Source: Styela clava (taxonomy: Eukaryota). From it: a stretch of DNA of 64,000 nt. Numbering within the stretch: the stretch's first letter is position 1; the number at the start of each line of letters is the position of its first letter. The notes beneath the pieces were generated by a model that did no database searches, had not been told where the DNA came from, and was given only the letters and a program-made list of their open reading frames with translations. Below, piece by piece: positions 41,398 to 52,459 of this stretch. The stretch covers positions 20,088,001 through 20,152,000 of the forward strand of contig NC_135257.1 of the NCBI RefSeq assembly GCF_964204865.1, in the 5' to 3' direction. The translations under genes were made by a program, and so were the position numbers.

Positions 41398-43170
41398 ATG
41401 TTAACAAATACATTTGGTATCACATTCATTCTTTGTATTGGCTTTACGAAGATTCAACGGACGACATGTATGTTAGAAGAGACGACAACATACGAAGAGA
41501 AAGCAAGAGATAGAATGTTTAGTGCTAAAAACATAAAATCAAAGATAGGTGAAAAAACATTACTTGTTGCTATATTTGTACGAAATAAGGAACATTCGTT
41601 GCCATATTTTTTACGAGGACTTGAAGATTTGAAATATGATAAAGAACTGATGTGGCTGTGGATTGTTTCTGACCATAATCGAGATAACTCTACAAAGCAA
41701 CTGGAAGCCTGGGTAGAAGTTTTCAAAGACAAATATGCAAAGATTGAATTTGAGAAACCAGATTTACCGGTTGAATACAACGGACAAAGGAGCGATTTAG
41801 ATTGGACAAATGATAGATACATTCGACTGCTTAAACTGAGGCAATTTGCTTTGAACAAAGCCAGAAGGATTGATGTCGATTTCATTTTATATATTGATGC
41901 TGATAATATTTTAATGAATCCATACACTTTGAATTACCTCACTGAAAAATCTGAGACCATCATTGCACCTATGTTGAATTCAAATACCGATTATTCCAAC
42001 TTTTGGGGTAAGGTGAACGAACAGGGACATCATGTAAAGAATAATTTGTACAAGCAAATAATAACACGTAAACAAACCGGGACTTTTGATGTTCCCTTTG
42101 TACATTCAACATTCATGATAAATTTAAAAAATAAAGATTCTGGAAAAGTTAGATTTCTACCAATTCCACCCTGTTACGACTACAAATTTAATGATAATAT
42201 GGTTTTTCGTTACCAGTGTGATTTCAATGGCGTTCATATGTATATTGATAATTCCGCCTTTTATGGGTATTTACCAGAACCACAAGATAATGACGAAGAT
42301 CTGGAAGATGAAATTTATAATTTTTTGAGAATGAGAATGGATGTCATGACATTGCCACCAATAGGCGTTGGAATAACAATACGAAAGTCTATACACGTTC
42401 CGGATAAGGCGATTATTACGAGTCTTCCGGTTGATCATGTGTTTGTAATAAATTTGAAGCGAAATCGCGATCGCAGATTACGAATAAATAAAAGCTTCGC
42501 AATGCATGGAATTAATTACACGTTATTTGAGGCTGTTGATGGAAAATTATTAAACAAAAGTTATATGGATAGTCTCGGAATCAAAGTACTTCCAGGATAT
42601 AAAGGCCCAGATGGTGGTGATGATATGACCGTGGGTGAAATTGGCTGTTTTTTGAGTCATTATTTCATTTGGAAAAAGATTTTGAAGAATAAATACGAAT
42701 CTACTATTATTTTTGAAGACGATGTTCAATTCAGACCAAAATTTATACAGAAATTTAAAAATGTTATGAAAAAAGTTGAAAATGAGAAAATTTCGTGGGA
42801 TTTGATCTATTTGGAAAGAATTCCAATGAAAAAAGGAGAGGAAGAACCGGTGATGTTAGAAAATGAAAGTGGTCCTAACTTGGTTCAACCAGTATATTCT
42901 TTCTGGGCCATAGCATACATGATATCTTACGCTGGGGCGAAAAAATTAATAGATGCCGAACCGTTAAGTAAAATTATTGCCGTGGATGTGTTTCTTCCTG
43001 TTATGTATGGAAAACAGCCTTTATCTTATATTAATGAGTATTTTCCAATAAAGAACCTCAACGCGCTTTCATTCAAACCGACCATCGTAAAACAGACACA
43101 CTACTACAACAATGTTAACCATGTTAGCGATACCGCAAATTCCAAATTCGTCTATGAAATCCTGGATTAG
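41398..43170 (+). CDS. COLGALT: Intronless procollagen galactosyltransferase-like protein (GT25, COLGALT/GLT25D family), paralog B, 590 aa
   Basis: ATG at 41398; signal peptide-like MLTNTFGITFILCIGF; same motifs as paralog A (DADN, YSNFWG, GEIGCFLSHY, FEDD, WDLIY, THY...SDT); colinear with A over its whole length. Confidence 0.95.
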   Translation: MLTNTFGITFILCIGFTKIQRTTCMLEETTTYEEKARDRMFSAKNIKSKIGEKTLLVAIFVRNKEHSLPYFLRGLEDLKYDKELMWLWIVSDHNRDNSTKQLEAWVEVFKDKYAKIEFEKPDLPVEYNGQRSDLDWTNDRYIRLLKLRQFALNKARRIDVDFILYIDADNILMNPYTLNYLTEKSETIIAPMLNSNTDYSNFWGKVNEQGHHVKNNLYKQIITRKQTGTFDVPFVHSTFMINLKNKDSGKVRFLPIPPCYDYKFNDNMVFRYQCDFNGVHMYIDNSAFYGYLPEPQDNDEDLEDEIYNFLRMRMDVMTLPPIGVGITIRKSIHVPDKAIITSLPVDHVFVINLKRNRDRRLRINKSFAMHGINYTLFEAVDGKLLNKSYMDSLGIKVLPGYKGPDGGDDMTVGEIGCFLSHYFIWKKILKNKYESTIIFEDDVQFRPKFIQKFKNVMKKVENEKISWDLIYLERIPMKKGEEEPVMLENESGPNLVQPVYSFWAIAYMISYAGAKKLIDAEPLSKIIAVDVFLPVMYGKQPLSYINEYFPIKNLNALSFKPTIVKQTHYYNNVNHVSDTANSKFVYEILD

Positions 43171-44849
43171 TTACTCAGAAATGTGAAGTACAATTCAACA
43201 ATTCTAAATCACAAACATAATCATACTCCGAATTTAAAATAATATTTGAATCCTACTTTGGAACTCTTAATAATAAAAGCTGATTCCAACTATTGGTTGG
43301 AAGTAAGGGCGCTTTCGTAGTATGTGAACCAAGATGGCGGACACCGGAACGTAGTATGTGTATCAGGTCAGGTTTGGCCTAATTTTATTCCAATTTTTCC
43401 TATTTTAGTTCTATTACGAGTTTGGGGACTAACATGATTCCCGGAGTATTTGTGAATGAAATTTGGCCTAACCCTAACCTGGTACACATACCACGTTCCG
43501 GTGTCCGCCATCTTGGTTCACATACTTCAGGAGTACCAAAATATGTCCGTTTTCGATACCGGTTGACCAAACTGCGACAATTGACTCGTGGACAGTTGAC
43601 TTGATATTTCGGGTCAGCAAAGTTTTTGTTGTTAAAACTCTGATGTTTCAAGAATTAAATCCTACGTCAAATTTTGACCCCTAGTTTGTGGAGGTCTGAA
43701 ATGCAGATCCAAGAATGCTCAAAATCATTTTGAATCTCCCTCCATACAATTCGAAAACACAACCCCAGTTCAGATTTAAATGCTAGCCAAAAGATTCCAA
43801 CTTCCGACTTTACAATTTCCTTGCTGCCGCTCAGAATTTTGTAAACTTTGGTCTCGACATCAAAGCTATTGGGAACATACAATTTCCGAATTGCAGATCC
43901 AGTAGAAAAACTGCGAAAATCTTAAACCATGCCCCATACTATAAAATTGAACCGTGACTTAACAATCACGGAAATTTAGTGAAATATATATTCATCTCAA
44001 TCAGTTCTGTTTTAAGAAATTTTGTGATCCAAATTAATGACAAGCTGAGAAATTTGAAACAAACATGTTTTGTTGAAAGTAATTTAAAGGAACTTTGAGT
44101 TAATTTTATATTTATACTCTATACTTTTATATTTATGTCTCATTGTATTTTAGTAAAATGTTAACATTGTTTCTCCAATAACATTATTTATAAAGTGCAA
44201 CAACAGCTTGTGTCGTGTAGTTTTGTATTACCCATATGGACAGCTAACAACAGTTTTTTTTTCATTTTGTACTCTACATCAGTGAATAAAAATGATCTTC
44301 AAAATAAGTTATCTTTTTTATTATTTGTATAATACAAGACATCAACGCACAAAATTGCGATTTCCACACTGTGGCTGCAAATCCGAACATTGATTAAATT
44401 GAAGTGTAAAAAATAACTCAAGAATTCAAAAATAAGACCCGTGCATTTGACACTGTCACAGCAATTAAATGTGCCTAGCCCCGATATCGCATATTGGCGT
44501 CATTATTTGTATATTTACATTACGTACTGTGCTGTGAGGAATTATTATCATAATACCAGCCTGGTTTAGTATATGCACAACTAGTACGGAGCAATCATTA
44601 TAGTTTAGTGAATGCTTTTAAAGTCTATGCCAGTAGTTTTTAACCATTCAGGTAGAGCGGAACTCTAATGAGACGTTTCAGATGCTCGATAAACTCATGT
44701 GCAATTCATTATATGTATCAATAAATATGCCAATAAAAAAATGTGTAACGAACACCTAAAGATCTTTTTCGGAGCACTGGCGAAAAACACTTACTATATG
44801 ATTTTGTTATACCCGTCTATATGATTATATTTAAACAAAGTAATAAATC

Positions 44850-47800
44850 ACCCATACTTATAGTAATAATACAGTTATCTTTTTTTTTTCTAAATCCGAC
44901 CGCAACACACTTTCATTACGTTAGCTTTAAATATTTAACACAGTTGTTGTTCTTTCACTCGATTGCCCTTGGCCGCAATGAATCATGCATACTAATAGTG
45001 ATAACAGGGATATCATCAGTTCCTGGTACCTCAGTTGCCCCGTGTAGAGTACAGCCGTGAGTGTGGCGTGTTTTCTGTTGTTTAAATCGGATCTAGAGCC
45101 TGTCAGTTATCTGCATAATCCGAGGTGGCATTTTATTAGTCATGTTCACGTTTATCCTACGTTACTTTCGATAATTAAACGGTTCTGTTAAGTCGGGTCC
45201 TGGTATCCGATGTGCTTTGATCGTGGGGTTGGTTGGCGCGTTTGTTTGTATTGAGCCTCATATAGAGTATCCATATCTGTATAAACTATATCTATACGGC
45301 ACGACTACTACCAGCATTGCTTCTAACGTATATAAATCGACACACAATTTCTCAGCTGTGATAAATTGGCGGTGCATGAAATCAAGAAGAATGTGATATT
45401 CAATAAATTGAATCCTATCTATTGACGATTGACGAATTCGCGCTAGCGCTGTACTTCAAATCCACTCCAATATTCACAATACCAGCATTAGATAAGATAA
45501 AAGTAGTAATCAATAAAAGGAAGTGCCGTCAAACTATCAGCTTTTGTATAAATCCAACCACAATGCACTTTAATTATGTTAACTTAATTATTAATGTTGT
45601 TATTTGATTACCTTTCCCTGCAATGAATCATTTATGTCGATTGAGATAGATAAGATAAAATTTGTATCTGTTGCTTTGTGTAAACCTTGTATTCCCATCA
45701 CTGGGTGTACGTATAATCAAAAGCGGCATTTCATTCGGAGCGGTTATGTTTATTCTACGTATCTTTCGTTAAGTAAACGTAGCATGCCATCAGTTAAAAA
45801 TGTGATTTGCAATAATTAAATGCGATCTTTTGACAAATTCGCGATAGCGCTTTAATTCAACTGAACACTGAATAAAAACATGACGTCAAACTATCAGTGT
45901 TTTCTGTTGTTTGAATCCGATGTAGAGTCTGCCTATGTATACAGTATCCGTATAATCGAAGGTGGCATTTTATTCGGAACGAAACGTTTCTTCCGTTAAG
46001 TAAACGTAGCGTTCCATCGGTTTAAAAGAAGATCTGCAATAATGATTTCAATCTATTGACGAATTCGCGCTAGCGCTCTACTTAAAATCCACTCCGAATA
46101 AAACACGATAGCAGCATTAGATAAGATAAAAGTTGTAATCAATAAACAGACGTGACGTCAAACTATCAACATTTGTCTAAATCCAACCGCAAATCACTTT
46201 ACGTTAGCTTCAATATTGTCGTTGTTCTCTTAATTGTTTACCGCTTCCCGCAATGAATCACTTATGCCGATTGAGATAGATAAGATAGGATGTCTGTTAT
46301 CTCTGTTGCATTGTGTAAACCAGTAGTTCTTTACCGGTGGTCCGTGGTTCCTCAAGGGGGGCACAGAGCAATTGGAGATGGCCACAATGTTAGGCGTAAA
46401 ACTGATTTTACTATTCCATCGACACGAAAACCCCCCGTTTTTCATAGTTTCTTCGCTTGATAAGGTTCATTCACAGGGTGTTTTCACTTTGTTGAGCATG
46501 AATTGGAATCCACCGATCAAAGTAACACTATTAATATTAATGGAATGATAAACAGGGAAGCCATGAGTTCTAAAAGCCCCGGAAGGGAGGAAACAGGGAG
46601 GAGGGAGTAAAAGTTGTCCTTTTACTTGATTGCCGCTAGCCGCAACGAATCATACATGCTGATTGTGATAACAGTGAGTTTTTCGGGTTCTTGTACCTCA
46701 GTTGCCCTGTGTGTAAAGCACAGCCGTGTGTTTGGCGTGTTTTCTGTTGTTTGAATCGGATGTAGAGTCTGTCCATGTATACAGTATCCGTATAATCGAA
46801 TCGGTGGCATTTTATTCCCAACGGTCACGTTTATTCTACGTTTCATTCGTTAAGTAAACGTAGCATTCTATCAGTTTAAAAAGGTATCTGCGATAACTAA
46901 ATCTGATCTCTTGACGAATTCGCGCCAGCGCTCTGCTTCAAATACACTCAAAATATAACACGATAGCAGCATTAGATATGATAAAAGTAGTAATCAATAA
47001 ACAGAAGCCAGGTCAAACTAACAGTTTATGTCTAAATCTAACCTCCACGAACTTTAACTACGTTAGCCTGAATATTGTTGTTTTTCTCTTATTTGATTAT
47101 CGCTGCCCGCAATGAATCATTTATGCCGATAAGGATGGTAGGTTATCCCATGCAGTTGCATTGTGTAATCCTTGCAGTCGACGTGTATGCCCGAATGTTT
47201 TAGTCGGTCACTAGCTGCGGCATCGCGTTGTCTTGTAATATTCAACATTGTTGTTGACTGCCTCAATCCACAATGAATCACCCATGCTTATAGGGATAAT
47301 ATGGATATTCTTAGTGTTTGTCTTAATCCAACCGCAACACTTTCATTACGTTAGCTTAAAATATTTTACATAATTGTTGTCCTTTCACTCGATTGTCGAC
47401 AGCGCAGTGAATTATGCATGCTGATTGTGATATGCCCGGTTCAGTTACCTCATTTGCACTTTTTAAAGCACAGCCGTGATTTTGGCGTTTTTTCTAATGT
47501 TTGGATCGAATGTAGAGTTGGTCAGTATGTATACAGTCATGTATACAGTATCCGTATAATCGAAGGTGGCATTTTATTGGCAACGGTCACGTTTAATCCA
47601 CGTTTCTTTCGTTAAGTAAACGTAGCATTCCATCAGTTTGGAAAGAGCGTTCCCGAAGTATGTGCACCAAGTTGGCGCACACCTGAACCCTAACCTGATA
47701 CACATACTATGTTGAGGTTGTGCGCCATCTTGGTGCACATACTTCTGGGGGTCCATGAAAAGTTATCTGCAATAAATAAATCTGATCTCTTGACAAATTC

Positions 47801-49340
47801 GCGCCAGCGGCGCTCTACTTATAATACATTCTAATATTACACGATAGCAGCATTAGATAAGATAAAAGTAGTAATCAATAAACAAAAGCCACGTCAAAAG
47901 TTTATGTCTAAATCTAACCGCGAAGAACTTTAATTACGTTAGCTTGAATATTGTTGTTTTCTCTCTTGCCCGCAATGAATCATTTATGCCGATTGAGATA
48001 GGATGTTTGTTATCCCAGTTGCATTGTGTAAACCTTGTATTCAACGTGTTTGCTGGAATGTTTTAGTCGGTCACTAGCCGTAGCATCATGTTATGTTTCA
48101 ATATTCAACACTGTTGTTGACTGCCGCGACCCACAATGAATCACCCATGCTTATAGTGATAATAGAGATATCCTCAGTTTTTGTCTAAATCCACCGCAAC
48201 ACTTTCATTACGTTAGCTTAAAATATCTAACATAGTTGTTGTTCTTTCACTTGATTGCCGCAATGAATCATGCATTCTGATAACAATGAGATTCTCGGTT
48301 TCTTGTACCTCAGTTGCTCTGTGTGAAGCACAGTCGTGATTTTGGCGTGTTTTCTGTTGTTTGAATCGGATGTAGAGTCTGCCTATGTATACAGTATTTG
48401 TATAATCGAAGGTGCCATTTTATTCGGCACGGAACGTTTCTTTCGTTAACTAAACGTAGCGTTTCATCGGTTTAAAAGGGGATCTGCAATAATTATTTCG
48501 ATCTATTGACGAATTCGCGCTAGCGCTCTACTCAAAATCCACTCCGAATAAAACACGATAGCAGCATTAGATAAGATAAAAGTTGTAATCAATAAACAGA
48601 CGTGACGTCAAACTATCAACATTTGTCTAAATCCAACCGCAAATCACTTTACGTTAGCTTAAATGTTGTCGTTGTTCTCTTATTTGATTACCGCTTCCCG
48701 CAATGAATCATTTATGGCGATTGAGATCTCAGTTGCATTGTGTAAACCAGCGGTCCCTCAAGGGGGCCACAGAGCAATTGGGGATGGCCACAATGTTAGG
48801 CATAAAACTGAGATACTGCCCATGTATACGGTATACGCAATAGTGGGATTCAACCGGTTCGCACCGGTTTTGTAGAACCGTCTCACGGAATTTTATGAGA
48901 TCAGCGAACCCGTTAGCATTACTGGTTACTGTCAATGACTTTTTGTAACAGAACCGGATGAAAAATATGACTTTTGTGATAGAACAGACTGACTAAATAA
49001 TTGAATCCCACCACTGGGTATACGTATAATCGAAAGCGGCATTTCCATCGGAACGGTTATGTTTATTCCACGTATCTTTCGTTAAGTAAACGTAGCATGC
49101 CATCAGTTAAAATGTGATTTGCAATAATTAAATGCGATCTTTTGACAAATTCGCGATAGCACTTTAATTCAAATGCACACCCAATAAAAACATGACGTCA
49201 AACTATCAACTTTGTATGAATCTAACAGCACTGCTGTCATTTTCGTTGTTCTTACACTTGATTGCCGCAAACCATTATGAATCGTACATGATTATAATGG
49301 TAAAAGGGATATCTTCGGCTAAGTCCTACTAAGTCGCAAT
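44850..49340 (-). pseudogene. Decayed tandem array, probably of VWA-domain coding units
   Basis: About 7 recurrences of aattcgcg..agc (near 45435, 45836, 46062, 46917, 47796, 48512, 49148). Minus-strand fragments in VWA order: TTFILSNAAIV, REFVKR..IAD, FTQSN*GTR, NLIVI..HDSLR, DSLREAV, NVK*FAVG. Many stops and frameshifts. Repeat is certain; VWA call is moderate. Confidence 0.5.
48838..49016. mobile_element. hAT MITE (179 bp)
   Basis: Perfect TSD GGTATACG (48830-48837, 49017-49024); TIR caatagtgggattcaa / ttgaatcccaccactg; internal gaaccg repeats. Confidence 0.9.
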
Positions 49341-52300
49341 ATGTAAAACTTTACGCAGATGGATAATGGTAAGTTTTAAAAGTATTCGTCACATAATTGG
49401 TGGTTCGCGCATGAGGTTTCTCGCTGAGGATCGTCCCATCAATCAAATATCAAATATCTGGTCATAACTGGTTTATCTATTTTCGGTCGGGAATTTATGC
49501 TACCGGTAACAAAATAGGCTTCCAAGAAAACTAGAAATTGAATGAGAAATCTATTATCCTAGGCTTGCTATTCCTGATAACTAAATATTAGTGTAATGGC
49601 CAACCAATATAGTTCCTGCCAGGTGGTTATTTACAACTCACATGAGTTTGAAAAGCATGCTGACCAATTTAAACAGATTTTTGACTGGGTATGGAGGGGG
49701 AAAATACCACAATGCTTGCTTAATATCTCTGTAAGTTGTGTCGGTGACAAACTTAAACGGCACTGAAGTAAAGTTTTTGCACGTTTTAGTAAGTTTTTTG
49801 GTGGTTTTGCATGCTTTAGCTTGATAAATGACGATTAATGACCAATGTGTTTGGACAATAAAAGTGTTTGTTTTATATTGCACTGTTTACCTATTCTTGG
49901 CACTGTTGTGGCCCGCGAACAATACAAAAGTTATAGTGTGACCCGCGAGGCTGACAACCTTGGACCACCCTGATATACATTATTTATTCGCGATTAATTC
50001 ATGTCTAGCACGAAACAGTTTGAAAATGAAATAGTTTTCGCGGTGTTTCTAGTTCTTCGTACTCCTCGCCAACTGCGTAGCTGCGGTGACTTTGGATTCA
50101 GAACGAAAAGTCAATATATATATATACGATTATTTGCACAGAGTAAAAAAATTCTTGTTAACAGTGTTTTTAATGGGAATTTCATATTACTCTGACACCC
50201 AGTCAGATTTTATATGACTATATTTTCTCTAATTTTTGGAGGCAAAGTCGGTGAATGTAGTTCTTGCCCACAATTAATTAATTCTTTGTTAAAGCAACTG
50301 TTCGATTTCCCCTTAATATTATATTTATTAAAGCAGAACCCTTTTTACCGGGATTTAACCATTACAAATAGAGAAGTGTTGCTACAATAGTGGAATTGTC
50401 TGAAATTACCTGTTTTGTAAACGCTAACTTTAGGGACTGAATGCATCTGCGTAACTAGAGTTTCTGTGACCAGATTGCACCGATATTTTGTCGGGTATAA
50501 CATCTCCAATTTTACCTCCAGGTGCATTTCCGGCGCTCCAGAAGTGTGTATACCAATATGGAGGTGACTAATTTTGTTCGCTCACTTTACATCGAGTTGT
50601 GTAAAGAGACTGAAACTTATAGACATGGGGTATATTCACTTGGCACAGACAGTCCCCAAACTCGTAATAGAACTAAAATATGAAAAATCGGAATAAAATT
50701 ATGGCCTAACTCTAACCTGATACACATAGTAAGGGAGTACCGCATTTTCACATACGAGCGTCATCACCCACTGATATTTGGGTCATTAGATGATCCTTTA
50801 CAGTAAAAGCTGGTAAAATAAGATGCACAAAAATTTATTTTATCATTCGCTTTGATAGATTACCATCACCTATGCGCCAGATCTTTCAAAATGCTAACTC
50901 ATTGTGGTGAGACAATATTTAAGTTATCTGGGTTTAAATATCGGCTTTTCTAGGAAACAACCAAACGATATTATAAACATAATAAATAGGTTTATTATTG
51001 GGCATTCACAGACAGTAACAATTATAAAGTAAGTTTCATATATGGTATGTATATACGTGGACATGCAATTACTGGTGCTTAATAAACAATACATGAATCA
51101 CCATTGATGGCATTGTGCGATAACGCAGTTGGTGCCAATTTCCAATTCAAGTGAATGAGATATTATCACAGAAAGAATCAAGATCTTTGTTTGAATTTAC
51201 TGGAAGTTATTCGAACTTCGTTGTTATTTCATGATTTGTCATGAGTATGATGTAATGTTTTAGGGGTTTGATAGTTTTCGTACACTAGAGGCGATAAAGA
51301 TAGGCAATGTTGGTTTAAATAAGGGGGAAATAGACTAAAAGTCGGCACCTATTTAAGCACTTTAGGAAATAGTTGACTGAGAGTAATCAATAAATAATAT
51401 TTTTAAAAATTTTTGCACCCAATTCTTCTCCCTTATTCCAAAGTTCTCGAAAAGTGCCTAATTCTCAAAATTCTTAAGTGCCTACTTCAAGTCTGCCCCA
51501 ACAATTGAAGTAGAATGACCTAATAATGTTTTTGCGAGATTACTCAAGAATATTTTGAAGCTTTGTAAATAAGTGTGTACCTAAGTAATATCTGTAAAAT
51601 TAATCGCCAACACAACATTAATTCAGTAACACGATTAGTGGTAGTATTACTGGAATAGTTTATCGACGTTGCAGGGTGAACCTAAATCAGATCGAGACGG
51701 TCACCTTCATTGAACTCTAATTTTCTGTAACAAACCACTAGTTAGATATTGTAAATGATATGGATATAAATGTAATTTCATCTGTAAAATTAATCATTCA
51801 CAAAATCAACGAAACTAGATACATTATATACATTGCAATTACATTACAACTATATATGATAGATAAAACGCCGCCAGTCACGGCCCCCTTCTCACACAAG
51901 TCTATGTAACTTAGCAAAAATAACGTAAAATATTACCAACTTCGGCCGACTGCTATTGCAGATGCATAAATTCCCGCCATGAAAAAAAGATTAAAAAGTA
52001 TATTCATTATAAGTTTGAAGTATGAGAGTTGAAGACATATATACTTGTGAGTTCAGCCATGACTTTATTAGATTCTGAATAAAAGGGGATTTTAAACTAT
52101 ATTCATAAATTAATTCGCAATACAGGAGCTAGTACCAATTTATTTTAATTTTACTTGGCAAATATACATTGTGTGTGACACATGTGTTTTACGTAAAATT
52201 ATGACGATTTAATCTGTTTTATGACCTCATAAGTAGTATTTTGTTTTGTATTGAAACCAATATTACGTGATAATGAATTTATTTCTTATTACTGAAGTGG

Positions 52301-52459
52301 AAACATCATTTCTCTTTTGTGTAAATCTTGATTTTGAAACAAAAATGTAATATTTAATTCCTCTGTTGCAAACAATATGAGTAAATAGGTATGAAAGTGA
52401 AATTTAAAAAGATTTCATTTGTTGTAAATATTATTTATGATATCACTATTATATGAATT

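Larger units (their letters stand above)
35800..44370. repeat. Inverted segmental duplication (arms ~35800-38560 and ~41330-44370, ~2.8 kb unique spacer)
   Basis: Homology extends ~70 bp upstream of both ATGs (tcaatt.atatttatagat.gta.ctca.tatg) and ~1 kb past both stops (tgttaaaactctgatgtttc, aaaattgaaccgt, tttgttgaaa.t.atttaaag..actt.gagtt). Outer limits approximate. Confidence 0.85.

Noticed and set aside
36707-43170. Bacterial or viral origin of the intronless GT25 genes
   Set aside because: Signal peptide plus the two-domain animal COLGALT architecture and host-like AT content; retroposition is more parsimonious.
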